Positions 14,101-29,100 of a stretch of 64,000 bases of DNA are shown piece after piece. Numbering within the stretch: the first letter of the stretch is position 1; each line of letters starts with the position of its first letter. The stretch comes from Phoronis australis (lineage: Eukaryota; Animalia; Phoronida): contig NMRA01000172.1 of assembly GCA_002633005.1 (NCBI GenBank), positions 120,229-184,228 on the forward strand, in the 5' to 3' direction. The position numbers were made by a program, and so were the translations under genes. The notes under the pieces were generated by a model, which was given only the letters and a program-made list of their open reading frames with translations, had not been told where the DNA came from and made no database searches.

Positions 14101-17100
14101 ATAAACACATGAGACACCGGAGGATTCAATCATCATTTAAAGTGCTCTGCTACTATCAAGACATTAGTTAAGTTTCGGATGTTTATGATTTCTAAGGAAA
14201 CACAGTGCTCAACTCAATATCGTTTCCAGAATTATCTACAATTAATCCGATTATGATGCCCAATTCTCAGCGGGTGCGAGACTCCTTCTCATTTTACTAT
14301 TGAGGAAAGGAACTGCATAGAAGTACAGGTAGTATATACCTTGCCATCGCAAATAGCTTTTATGCATATGCGCATAATGAGGACGAACCATACAGTATGT
14401 AGGATGAGCAACAATATCAACAGAGAGTTGTATAGATAGTACACGTTGCAGAAGGCCACTATAATATGAGCTTCGTTCAGTGAACTGGCTATTACTCTGA
14501 AAAACGAAACAACAACATTAGTGTATGGCCGCGTTAAGTCTTACCGCGGCGGCAGTAGTTGTGCAGGATAATAGGTGGCACAAGGGTCTGAGAGAGAGCT
14601 CTCGAGTGGCCAGTTTCACAAGAGAAGCCATCGTTAAGATTTCATGCACGCATTTTATTAGCAGATGGAATTACTATGGACTATATTCACACAGAAAAGA
14701 CGTTGAATCTTTGCGAAAAAGCAAAAAACAACCACAGCACACAACTTTGAATCTGAGGAAGAGGACAATTAAGTTTTACTATTGCTTTTGTCAGACATCT
14801 GAACATACCAAATTATTCGCTTACAAGTCTCGCATGCAGCAAATTGGAATGTTCAGTAAAAATAATCACAGACTAATTAGCAAAGGAGATGAAAAACGAT
14901 ATCAGCTCGAAACGGCCTTACTAAACTAGCAATCTACGACACAAACACATTCAAACATGCTGCTTATGTGATAAATGGCAGGGTATTGTAGAGTAACTAT
15001 CACTGACTCATTGCGTAGATGAAGAAATACTTTCAACCACAACTTCTTCAGCAGCGTTGCCATGGATATATTACCATTAAATTAGTTGTGAGGTAAGCAA
15101 ACAGAAAACAGCATTAAACTATCAAAGTAAAAAAGAGAGGCTTGCAATTCTCATTAGACAATGTTTCACAAAAATGATAATTGTACAGTTCAACTTAATA
15201 CACAGTGTAGCTTATATTTGTTTACCTGTGAGCTGAGGATGGTTGAGTTGCAACAAAAATGCATACACACTGTACTAAAAAATTGTGATGGCAAAATGCT
15301 CTAATGACCAAGAACGATCACCATGCAACTATTTAGAGCAGAGACCTCTTTTGGCTTAACTGGAGGTATCTAAGTCTAACATTAGGATACCGCAAGAACA
15401 CTGTCACTGCAGAATTATATAGGAACCAGGAATAAAGTAAGCTTTCACAAGTGTGGACGAAGATGTAAAGTTACTGCCTTCAGCAAATTTGTCCTGACAT
15501 CAATGAAAACCAAGGAACAAAAAGGAACTGCACGTAACAAAACAGTGCTGACAAGAGAGATAATTAGATTGGTTTGGATAGACAAAATTTAAACATAATA
15601 CACTTGACTTAACATGACAGATGAAATAGGCTGCTTTAGCAGTGCTGTGGTCAATAACAACATCCATGCTGTATATCAGTCATTATCAGCCAAGACCAGG
15701 GTTAAAGTAAGCAGTCACGGTAGACATACAGATGCTATTACCCTGTTGGCAAATCAATATCATACAGGAAATGCTATGAACAGCACAGAAACCAATGGAG
15801 GCAAGTTTCTAGCTAGACTGTGTTGAACCAGAGGCATGGATAATATAAAGATGTCAGTTAACTGAGATCAAATTCTGATCTAAAGGAAGATTTTGACCGA
15901 CGACAAGCAACTGTTAAAAGGCTATCTGCAACTGAGCGTGGACAACAGAGTCCATACTATGTATAGCCAGTCACAGGTCTGGTGCACAGAGTCCATACCA
16001 TGTATAGACAGTCACAGGCCTGGTGCACAGAGTCCATACCATGTATAGCCAGTCACAGGCCTGGTGCACAGAGTCCATACCATGTATAGACAGTCACAGG
16101 CCTGGTGCACAGAGTCCATACCATGTATAGCCAGTCTCAGGCCAGATGCACAGAATCCATACCATGTATATCCAGTCACATGCCTGGTGCACAGAGTCTA
16201 TACCATGTATAACCAGTCTCAGGCCAGGTGCACAGAGTCCATACCCTGTATAGCCAGTCTCAGGCCAGGTGCACAGAATTTAGAGTGAAACAGCATGCCA
16301 AATAGTTGGCAAACTATCAAGTGAAACAAACGGTTAGTCTTACATAGTGATGTCATTGAGAGAATCTAGTGCAAGGACATAAAAAGGTGGACATTTACGA
16401 GAAGCAACAGGGGATTCAAGCTTAATAAATTCAGGTCAAGGAACAAGTTGATAAAAACATCAAAAAAGCAGATAAAGTCAACTACATGTAGTTTCATCGA
16501 CGCCAACGGAGAATGTGTTGAAAAAATTTAAAAAAAAACAAAAAAATTCCAACAGCCTTTTAATGAGAACAGCTAATGCTGACAATGGCAGGATACCCTT
16601 CAGACACGTTTGTCAGTCTAACTACTTGCACACAACAAATGAAGGATTGTCTTACTATTTCATCTGGTATCAACGGCAAACGGCACAGAAGACTGTTAGT
16701 CAGTGTCCTGGGCCCTGGGTCTGATCTTTTAACTCGAAATCGGACTCAAAATTATCTTTGTACCCTGCTTTTGTGTGAAGTCGAAATAAGTGTCTATTAG
16801 TCTGTGCTCGAGTATACCATGGTTTATGCATACGAGTTTCTAGTCCAAGTTTGTACTTGATGACCCCTCCATTTGTGCTACAGACCCCTCTAGTACAAAC
16901 TCAAGATTTCAAGTAAAAACATGAAGTTTATAGTTCAGACTCGAAATTTTAGCTTTTATCCCGGGGTTATCCTGTGCAAACTAGGATTAGAAATTTATTC
17001 ACATGAGCCATTCTGTACTCAAGCATAGAATATTAAACATGTATCTCGACTTCGCATACAAGTAGTATCAAAAACATCAAAAATAAGCTCAAATTCAAGT

Positions 17101-20100
17101 AAAAAGTGAAAAGATTAGACACAGTGCTCAGGAACTCAACACCTTGAGCACAAAATATTTGCTCAACAGTGCAGCAAGCAGCTAACCAAGAAAAACCTCA
17201 AAAGGGGACAAAAATGGTATGCACGTTTCATGCGGCTGTTACTGAAGATTAGATTGGCGAGGAGGGCACATTCTGATGTACAGTGTAGCACTGCACCAAG
17301 CAATCAGAAATGAGTCGCAATGACAACCATGTGAGAATATTTTAACAGGGCAAAACCAAAACACTTCCTCAGGGAGTGGAGGTTTTAGATAGAATGGGAG
17401 ACTACAGGTGGTGTATGGTAACATATTAATACATAAGTTTAAAACAGATACAACTGACCTTTAGTATTCAAATCAAAAGAACGCAACACTTGAACTTTAA
17501 TTCTGAATACAATTGAAGTGACTTAAATAAAGAGCCCAAATTAAACATTAAAATCAGAATTGAATAAGTTTTGTAACTATTTGACAACCACGGGCTATTT
17601 CATAAAACACTAGACATCAAGTTTGGGAAGTCACAGTTTTTAATTTGCGCTTTGTGACAGACTGATTCGGACAACTTTGGCCAAACCTACACTGCCATCC
17701 ACAGCTGACTGAGGAGCGAGAGCTGAAATCAACGCTACTTACTTGTAGGGGAAGACAACAAGGCGGGTAACGAACCATAGGATGACAAAGACGCCGAAGA
17801 AGAAGTCACATAGTCTCTGCTTCCTAATGTACTTGCAGATTTTGGCAGCCTGCAGACAGAGAGAGCATGATGGTGAACAACGGTGTAGTATACACGGTAA
17901 CAGTGATATCCACGGTAACAGTTGTGAAGGTCTTACTGAATTGTTCATTCCCTCAATTTTTTTATAGTTCTTAGCAGACTTTGTTAAAAAGCGGTATAAG
18001 ACAGAGTATGTGTATAAACCGGTTGTCTTAAAAGTATAATAACAAACAAAATTGGAAGACAATTTGAAGAATGCATGCCTGGGATCCATGTTTGCCTAAA
18101 GAGAGGAAGATTGTCCCGTGTAAACATTTTAATGCAGTCGTGTATTTTGCAAGCACGGACATCATAAATTATTAATTCATGTTGCTTTAACATAATATAT
18201 CTGGGGCATCAGAACATGATGTTAAATTGAACATTTCAAATAGGGATGTCAATGTAGTAACTATGCATTATCATAACAATCAAAGTAACAAAACAATGAA
18301 TGCTAATGCAATACTTTGTACTCTGAAAATCAATGATGAATGAATTCACAGAATAATAAATAAATTCAAAGCTATCGACCCAGCAAACCCAATCTTATTT
18401 TAGTGAGTGCTAAAATTGTCCAAGTATGCAAACATTCTTATAGTGTTTTCTTTTTGTAAATTGTAGACATTTTGCTTTTTGAAAAGAAATAATACACGTG
18501 TGTACACAACTATGCAATCCCACCACATGTTCATGTTAAATTTTTCCAAATCACAATTTTCGTGACTGCTAATAACATCAAACTGTAGGCCAAGGTCAAG
18601 GTCAGCACACTGGTATAGTGAACAGCCAATATCATTTTTTTCAAAACTGTAACTACATGTACAGTACATGTTCATGTATCAGTTTTAAAGCGATGTAACA
18701 TATGATAGAGCGATGCTCGAGTTTAGCAACGGCTGACATAATTACAATGAACATCTGTTGTCTACATTTTTCATATGGTGCGTCTTTTTAAGATATCACG
18801 TTTGTTTAGAATTCACCAGCTCCAACTATAGGAATAGAGCTTTTCCACTTGATTAAAATTGCCTGTCATGACAGGTGGACACAATTACAATAAATTCCAC
18901 TTAAAATCAACCATCATAGCGTTTGCACTCTGCCGTCATGATGCGAAATAATGGGTCATTTTGTTAGGTTGTTTTTTTGCCTTGCATTATATTGGGATTA
19001 TGATTAGCTATTTCATACCTGCATCCAGTAGTCGACAATGTCGTGAATGACAATGACCAGTGTGCCAATCCTGACAAAGTTGTTGACCCACGAGAAACAC
19101 ATGAGTAGAATGGTGCAGATGTGGTGGACAAACATCTCCCAGAAGTCCTGCAAGACAAGGCAGTACAGTGCACAGTGACTCCAGGTTAAAACTAAAGTGC
19201 TTGTGAACAAACACCTCTCTCAGACATCTTGCAAGACAAGACAGTACAGCACATGCCGACTTATAACTTGGGACTTAAATTATCCACCATATTCATATCT
19301 CTGCAATCGGGAAAACTTGTTTGTCTTCCCAGTGAGTGGAAAACCTGCAATTCTACTAGCACTCGGCACGAAATGTTGCATAAATGCGAAATTTCCTGCA
19401 TTGGAAAGTTTCTCAACGAAAATGAAAAACAAAATTCTACTTGACCATAACACCACGGCCATCCAAGAGAAATGAATAACAAGGCCACTGTAGTAGGTTG
19501 TAAATGAGTCGTGAGCACAAAATTCCACCCAGAGAATTGGAAAAAAAACAAGAGCAACGCATAGCATTAAAATGCGCCCACGACTGCACTGCAAAGAGTA
19601 CGCTTCTAAGGGAGTTTATTGGTATCATGCAATGTAATTAGATTATTTTGTCCAACGAGAATCAACAGTAGGGAGTACATAAAAGCCAATACACCTAACT
19701 CTCTCTCTCTCTTATTCCATCAAAAAACTGTCAAAGCCATTTTAAAAATAATTAACAAACAAGAAAATTCTAAAATGTGCAACAGGAGCAGACACCGTCG
19801 ACCAATTTGTCAGATGATCAACTGGTGTTGGCACATGCCAGTCATAAACATTTGTAATAAGCTTTATCAAAATCTGTCCACCCATTTTGACAAAAATCAG
19901 TGGACAAGCAATATTTTGTCAAAAACTAAAACAGCTAAAAAGACTTGTCATCGAATTCCTCCCAAAATCACCTGGCACTTGCACACTCCAATAATTTATC
20001 TCTACATCAAGTTCCATGAAAATATGGCATCAAATGCCATTTTTACAAAACCGACTGACAGTACGAATACACGAGACCACTAAATTTTTGTGGGTCTATA

Positions 20101-23100
20101 TAAAATGATGATCCTCAACAACTTAGAATACATAAAATGGCGTGGCAAAGGAAAAAACAAAATTCAAGTATAGACAAATTTTCCAACCCTGGCTTACCTT
20201 TCGTTTTACGTCCGAGAACTGCTTTATAAAAGCTGCCCAGTAAAATCCCAACTCAATCATGTAGTACCAATAGATGTCATTAGTAATAGGCTGCAAAAGA
20301 ATGTCAACAAAATCAAAACTATGCTGGAGAAGAGCTCGATGATACACAATAACAACAATTTGAACCCAATACAACCAATGCCTTTCTTGCATGTAATCAT
20401 ACACTACCACATGAAGTACTACTAGACGTCCATTTTGTAAGGGGGTGCAGTGATACAACCACTTCATATCCAAAACTGTAAGCAGACGGGCATTATCATT
20501 CATCCATACTATTTCTGACTGTAAGCATGAGATCATGTCAGACATGGTGCGACTAGCCAAGATTTACGACTCTGTAGTTTTCTAACCGTGCGACAACAGT
20601 ACCTGCGCTGGGTATCCTATCCAACAGAATTTTGTTGCTTGGAACCATGGTTTCTGAAAGACATAACAAGCTTTTTAAAACTGAGAATCTGTCAAAACAG
20701 CAAATGTCAGTAAATCAATAAGATAATCAAAAAGATCATTGATAAGATTATCAATAAGCCCATCAACACGAAGCACAAGATTGCATTAAGGTTGTGTAAG
20801 GCTATAGAAAAACTGAAAAGTTTGGCTGACTTCATCAGATCATTATATCTCAATAATGGCTCATAGGATTCGCATGAAACTTTAAGATACAAGGCTAAAT
20901 ATACTGTTCTCCATACCCTATTAGGAATTGTTTTTTAATTGCTCGACGTTCGCACGAGGGACTATAAAAAATATAACTGCCTTGACACATATCATTGGTG
21001 CACAAACACCCATCCCAATTAGCAATATCCCTCTAATGATTTAGACTCTATAGTTAAGATTTTAATTTTCACAAGGTTATCCGTTCCAGCAAACATGGTC
21101 AATACTTTTCAAAAATATTGTCCAAATTTCAAGGCCGCCACAGGGCCACATAGACTACACTGTGGTCCTCGTAGTGCTTGGCGAGCAACTAACCGGAAAA
21201 ATGGAACCACTCAGTCGTATTTAGGTTTTATGATTCTGGCCACTCTCCAGACATATGCCTGTAGTTCCATACTAGTAAGACTCTCCATGATCAATGAATG
21301 GATTAAATATGTTTTAAGGTTCCTACAAACCCATGAAAAAGAAATCTTGGTCATAGTGTTGTATCCATTTGTTAAACATATATATCATTTGTGAACTTTG
21401 TCTTCAGCTGAGCTTCATGCTAACCACAGAGTAAGCAGACGTGCATTACTTACGCAAGTCGCTTTATAAATATTCTGCAAAACTTGAACTTAATTGAAAG
21501 AAATAAAGTTAAAATTTGGGGCCAAAGCATTCAACAAATGTTTGGACATTCAATCAAAACACAGCTGTATCCTTCAGTTGTCAGAGTGACCACGACCCGC
21601 GCGGCACGTCTCTGTCTGCGAGTTATGACTGGCGGATGACTTATATCTTAATTGGTCGCATCGCCACCACCCTGATTAGCTTCCTAAAGTACACCATTCG
21701 CCCACAAAAGCTGTTGCTGCTGCTGCTACCCTTAAAACATGCATCAGCTTAACTTTGTGAATACAGAAAACATATGAGTGTGTTGCAGGTGCAGTGCTGT
21801 TGTGCCAAACAAATTAAAAATGAATTAGAAATTAACAAACAAACAAAGTTACTTACATCCCAAAGTACATAAAATCCAAATATATTGGCAAGAAGGTAAA
21901 ATGTGAAGACCCAACTGAAACATAGAGACAAAAGTCATAAATAACACAGTAAGTACACATTCAAGACCAAACCATAAATAACATTGTGGGTACACACTCA
22001 AGACCAAACCGGCTTCTTACAAATTCATTATTAAAATTTTCACAACTGACTAAACATGAGTAATTATTTTATTTGTCAACATCAGTTTCGCTTAATATAA
22101 GAACACACAAAATAAGTGTTGGAGCCCCACGTAATGCAGTCCTTAAAAAACAATGTCTTGATTCATATTTTAGGGTGGAACCCTGTTTCACTTTTAATAT
22201 GACATTTGTCCTAAAGCCTTCCTCATTGCCTATAAAAAGCCACCGGCTAAATACCATTCATTGACAGTTTCGCAACAAGATTCGTCAACTTGACCATTCC
22301 AGTGCAAAGATTGTGATTTTGGCTTCACCAACTGGGACTAAGATTTAACATCTCAAGGTATTTATTATGGTCAGTCAATGGCTTTCATTGACTGTCTCAT
22401 TGACAACATTGAAATCATCACCATTATGAACTTCAAATGTAAATTGTATAATCATTATCACCTTAGAAAATATGCCTGGTTTGTACAAGAAATAAGAATG
22501 AAAACAGAGAAAGTACTGCTCCATTTATAGTCCACAGTTTTAACTGGCAGTTTGAAACAAAATAGGAAAGATAGTTTGAATTTAAGAGCAAAAAGGTAAG
22601 GAGGCTCCCACATCTTAACGATTGAAAAAAAGAGGTTGCTCGCCTAGGCTTTTCCAAAAGGTGCGTGCAAAAAATGGAGGAGTAGTGAGATGTGTCTGTC
22701 TAGTATACACCAAGAGTTTGATAGGGTGCTGAAGACAACCGTGCTCCTGTTGAGGTATGTCCCAGTAACTAAACTGAACAGTTTTACATCAAACAGATCC
22801 TGACAATATTGAACAGTCAGCTGTCAATCTCACTGCCACATTCTCTTCTAAGGAGCCACAGAAACGCTATTAAAAACTGTTTTAACAACACCAATATACG
22901 GCAAAATCTCACCAATTTCTGATAAAAATAATTGCCAATGTTGTCATTTTTTATTGTTCACAGTCCAATGGTGGCTATAGCATACAAGTCGACAGTGCAA
23001 ACTTATATTTGATGAAAAAAGGCAAAAACAGAATTTCATTAATCCACCATAATGCGTCCTAAATTGGTGAGATTTTACAGTTCACAGAAAAAGTGGGAAA

Positions 23101-26100
23101 CAACTGCAATGCGCTTCGTTACCAGGCTTCGCTGAACTTGGCGATCATCAGGGGCCGGTCCATATTTCTCCGCCTTCTGAACCATCTTTCCACTTGTCGA
23201 ATACTGAGATCAGACTGTTTGGACAAACCCTGAAAAGCCAATACTAAGACATGCATAAACCAGGTAGTGACCAGACCGCTTACAAGTAACCTTATTACGC
23301 CACCATCAGTATGGTAAGTCTCTAAATTTGGAACACCGAAATTTGAGTCGGGTTTTGAATTTTCTTGACTTGAAAGATTAGGACATGGGCGATTTCGGGG
23401 TTCAACATATTTCTCAAATATCGGACGTAGCATTTTGAATCAACGGAGACTAAGACTCGACAACTTACAAAATTGGAGAAAATAGCAGGCGACAGCATTT
23501 TTGTGCGCCACCTAGTGTAAACATTGGGGGTGAATGGGTCGTATGTTTTCGTTCTTCAATTTCAGACAGCCAGTATTGCCTCGTTCAAACGTTTGGTGCA
23601 AACTTCAACTTTGAGCAAAATAATCAACTTTCACTGTCCCAAATGAATCATAGCATAATTACACAAGTTCTAACGCCATCTTACAAAATTTCCAAATGTC
23701 CCAACTGGGAGAATGTTTACCGTACCACAAGACTACACCCTGAATAGTCTTGCTGCTGAGCTATCAACGAGTCAATTTAATCAACAACTTCAGGGCAAAA
23801 AATTCTCTGCAACCTAAATAACTTACAGAGTTCAATTTTTCTTGAACAAGCTCGACAGTTAGACACAAGCAGAGAAATATTACGCAGCAGCGTCCTCACT
23901 GGGGTTTTATTGACCCATCATGCTCTAATTTGGAGTCCACTGGCTACGGGGAAAACTTCAGAGAGGAGTAGACAGTGCCAAAAATGGATGCTACAACGGA
24001 ACTAACAAGTGTTTTGTCTAGTTATACCTAAGAGAATGTTTGCAATGAAAGCCATGTGTCAGTAGAACTAAACAACGTACAAATGTTTGCTCTAGAGAGT
24101 GGATAAATCTGGTGGAGAAAGTTTGTTCTATGAGCTTATCAGGCACTGTCAATGCACTTTGCTCAACTAGATAAATACTATAGCACACCTCCTTGTTGAA
24201 TTCAAAGGTCAACAGCTGAATTTAGTGAGGTCACCTTTAAACATTAGGATTCAAATGCTCTGCATGACTAAGCATTTATTTTTTTTTCTCCTGTCACAAG
24301 TTTGGCCCATCAGCAAGAAGTTTGAAAATCAATGTCAGCAACACGAACTATTTGCGATGTGTTATTCAAGTGTATGAAAACCTTCAACACTTGGCACCAG
24401 ATCAGTGAGACATTCCTAGTAGGCTCATTGAGTACATGGACTTGAAGCCAACAAGTATCAACGTGGATGAGGATAGATGTGGGAGTGATGGTGTAGTTTG
24501 CATACGGGTGATGCAATCATTGTGGGGATGGAATATACCCTCGCCTCATTATGAACCCCATTGTTGCTTGTAACATACATAAATTAGGACAATGCACGGC
24601 CATCCCTAGTTGATAACAATTACATACAGATTTGATAAAACTGACACATTTTAATGTCAGTAAACTGCTGGTTATCACAAACAGTTCATTGTGTAACAGA
24701 TTTTATTGTCAACTGCTGTCTCACCTGCATTGAGAAGTGACCCCAGACAATGATAGGCATATATCAGCCTTGTACACTGGATTGTGAAACTTGACACCCC
24801 AAAAGGACATTCAACATGGGTACTCAAATATAAGACACAGAATTACCACTGGAGACTGAACCACACTTAACTTCAGACCATATATGACACAATACTTAAA
24901 ATTTTAAAACATTGTGTCATCTTGTGATAACTATGATGACCCAAACATGAAAAGGCAATCACATCACTGTCCATTAGCTGCTGAAGGTTCAATTTACATA
25001 AATGCTGCTCTTGTACTGGAATTAAGCTGCTATGAAAAGGCCATAACTGAATTAACTCTCTCCAATAAATAATCGTAGAACTCACTTTCTAATCCCAGTG
25101 GAGGAATTTTATAATTCACTGTTTGGTCTATGAGTGCAGACCCCTATACTAGAATAGATCGAATAGTCAATTATGCAATTCTTTAAGCTCATCATCTCAA
25201 GTAGTTCCAAGAACTCCCAGTACATAATTCCTAACCTAATGTAATTATGGATGGATTTAATATATAAATTTAGCACATCAAAAGATTAGCTTAAAGTTTA
25301 TTTCTGAAAGTTACCAAAAACTTTGGTATGTCTTTTCAAAGTGTATCAGAGTATTACTGAGAAGTAAGTTGAACCTTTCACACCGGTTTTAGTAGTTAGC
25401 GGCCAGACATCGCAGTTTGATGTGTGGGTCCTCAAAGTTATCGCAACATGACCCTCCGAAAATGTTATGAGGCATAATTCTTTTTAATTCGTAGTATCAT
25501 ATATATGTATGGTCGGACAATACATGGAATGAAGAGGAAACAGTTTTGACATGGTGCAATGCAACAACATGTGCTGTTGACAGCGCCACTGTTGAGAACA
25601 CAAAACATCAAGGATCATTAAATTCACGAGCTTATTGTGAAGTACTTGCACTGTAAAATTTAATCCAGATCAACACCACCACGGGACCAAAATCTAGGAA
25701 TTTATAGACAGAACTGGTGTGAAGAGTTACTAAACTAGTCCAGTCATCCATCACTTCCAACTTGTCACGTTGTTTTTTCAAAGTTGTTGTGGGCGAGTAA
25801 AACTCGTAACGGCAAAATGCACACTCATTATCACGACAAGTTAACACAGGTCTTGGAGATCATTGTCTTGAAAAATAAAAACATGCAATTGGTTTTTCAT
25901 GCGTCTGCATCCCTGTGAACAGGCTTGCTTACTTCATTGACACACCAGTGAGTGCTAACTACAACCAACTAGAACCAACTAGGAGAGATCAGGCAACATT
26001 AAGTGTGAAGATGATATCTCACTCCAAGCACTAAGAGCACAACGTTGAGGTCTGGTTTACCTTTAGATCACTGTCGGTGGGTACCTTCTCATTCAAATAA

Positions 26101-29100
26101 TACTCTTCAAGAGGTTTAATCACTGGGGGAGGTTTGCTCTTCTGCCACTTGACACCAAAGTACTTCCCAAAAGGATACCCCACGCAGCTGAAAGAGACAA
26201 GACAAAACTGTGAACAGTTTGCATTTGTAAAATTAGATGATCTGCTTCATTGTACAAACAGCCTGACATGGATCTCTCTCAACAGACATGGATCTCTCTC
26301 AACAGACATGGATCCCTCTCAACAGACATGGATCCCTCTCAACAGACATGGATCTCTCTCAACAGACATGGATCTCGCTCAACAGACATCGATCTCTCTC
26401 AACAGACATGGATCTCTCTCAACAGACATGGATCTCTCTCAACAGCATTTAATTCATGAATGCTGAATGAAAGAAACCACAAGTCAAAACAAAAACTTAA
26501 TTCATTACCTTCGCATTTTGTCTTATTTTTTAAGTTGAACATGAAAGTTTTCACGGTCTTGTATTGTTTTATACATCATCTTTCTGTTAGTAGTTGAAAG
26601 GCTGGTTTAATCAGTAAATGAATTTAATTATAATAAAAATGAAGATGGTTCATGATTGTGTTAATGGAGTTACGGCCCTTGGCTGGGTTGCAAAAAAATT
26701 CAGAAGTTCTCCAGTTTCATTGTTGCAAGACATCCAACATGCGAAATGACAAAAGATAGTGTAATGTCATTGTCGTTATCCCCTAAATAACTTTTATGCA
26801 ACCTGGGCTTCATGATTCCATACTGAAATAAATCCCCTTGGTCCCAATTTTGTCTTTGCAAGGACCAGGAGTAAAACCTTAGATGAAATGTCCTAAGTAA
26901 CACAATGGGTTATGTTTTATATTATTTTCCCAAGTATCTCAACACCTAGTCTTAAACAACAATGCAATGGAACAGAAAACTCATAATTGATATCAAACTC
27001 ATAAACTCAAAATTGCTTTTCAGAAAATTCCTCATCGATTCCAAAACAATTCATAAAGTTGACTCCCTAAATTAAGTAGAATGATACTTGACCAGCGAGG
27101 CAAACACCATCAGTGTAATTGAAGTGTATCACCAGAGAAAGAAAATCAATACAGTAACAACAGAAGGTTACTTTGTCGATAATTAGAGAGAAAAGAACAT
27201 CAGTTGAAGCTGCATACACCAACTACAGAACAGATTTACCTCACCAGAACTAATACCTCACACAGATAATACACAATCAATTATCATGGAGAGAACCAGA
27301 AAATACAGTGAGCAGCATTCTCCTTTCTCATGCAGCAGTTCAAGAAAAATCTCAATCAAACCTTTGTCAGCCGTTTAGAAAATTTAGGAAAAGGACAGAT
27401 TTATTTTTCTTTAAAGGACATTGCACTTTATAATTTCTGCATACAGTGCTATATGACTTTACCAGTACTTTTACAATATTAACAAGTTCCGTCAATAAAT
27501 CATGTGAGTTTGCAGGAGACAATCCTAAAGACATTTCTCAATAACGTGTTTGCTTAAAGATGTACTTGCATGCTTCTAAATCCTAAGTATGTTAACGTAC
27601 AGCAGGAACTAAAGGACAATGCTATTTTAACATAATCTACGCTAAACAAAAAGCAGTTCTATTCATTGACAAGTTTTAAATGTGAAAACAAAAAATTCTG
27701 CGAATAGGTGACCTCTGCACTGACGTACTTTGCGGGCTCACACAGCCCACATTATTATGTTATTCCCTAGCACCACGTCATGATACTTACTGGGCCCAGT
27801 TCAGTGATTTGCTGTGATCATTTTCACCACAAAATTTTTTAAAAACATTTGGCAAATTTCAACCTTCTTCGTATTCACATCTTCGCTATATGTTGTGTTT
27901 CTAACTAATTTGGCCAAGCAATCAAAGATAAGGAATTCGCATGCAAGTTCCACTTTAATGCATCTGACGATAGACAGACCAGAATTGGGGGGAGAGGTGG
28001 AAACTTGCCAAGTTGTGTGAAAATCTAAGCAAGTAAATTAAATTCAGTGTCATTCAGGTAAATGAAAAACTTTTGGTTTTTATCAATTTCTTAGTTTCTG
28101 AATTCTGGGAAAAACCCTTAGGAGAAATTTGGAATTACCGACCACAATACAGACACCAAGATGTGATGCTTAAAAGGAACCATTCATGACTAAAGATGGG
28201 GCAGGTGCATATGACAGCATAGACAGGACATGTGTATATGACAGCATAGACAGGGGAGGTGTGTATGACAGTAGACAGGGGAGGTGTATGACATAGCACG
28301 AGCATAAAAAGAGGAAAATCAGCTGAGTTTAACTCAACTTAAGGCACTGAGACCAGGAACGTGGTATCTTTGCTGCGCGTGAACTTGGAATACTGCTTAA
28401 TCTCAAGATCGCATATGCGTGAACTTGAAATTGAGTATTCATTTGGACAATCAGGTGAAATTTTTTGACCAGTGTAAAGAATTTTTGTAATTATTGGCCT
28501 GACACATCTGCCCATTTTCTCCTTTAATGTAACTTGTGTCAAAGAATTAGACAAATACGTGAATAGTTAAATCAATTATTGTTTGGTGAAGATCGCCAAT
28601 AGTTGAAAAAATTGTTAGGCCTAACATATACGTTATTTTATTAACATGCAATTCGATTTAGTGCAGTGCAAATTTTTTCTCAACGTGAATGTGGTTATTT
28701 GAGTGAACTTGTCAAGTTTCCTGGTGTATTCCAAGTTCATGCACATCATGATCTTGAGACTAAGCAAGATTCCAAGTACACACACACAGCATCTTCACCC
28801 TCATCAACATTACAGTGGCACCAGGTCAACCATGTGACAGAGTGACCTTTTCCTAAAAGATACCCTAAATACCAGTATTGCCCATGGGTGTTTTCAGTAT
28901 GTTTAGGACTTTGACTCAGACCTGGCATGTCTGATGTAAGCTGCAGTCTGGAATATTCAGTTACTATACACTGATTGTTTAGAAAATTACATGGTGTGTA
29001 CAAACTGAATTGCACCTTTTGGTATTTTACAGACTTAGTAGACAACATAAATACTAAAAGGTAATGACAGGGACAATTTTAGGACTGTGCCTGGCACCAT

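Noticed and set aside
13334-14129. Hydrophobic ORFs between exons 9a and 9b as a third alternative exon
   Set aside because: No similarity to the 9a/9b peptides; the best phase-2 acceptor (about 13585) reaches a stop within 12 codons.
23884-23943. Possible 60-nt poison exon (tag|CCA..TGA..|gtaata) in CerS intron 2
   Set aside because: Splice signals are only moderate and such patterns arise by chance; no independent support.
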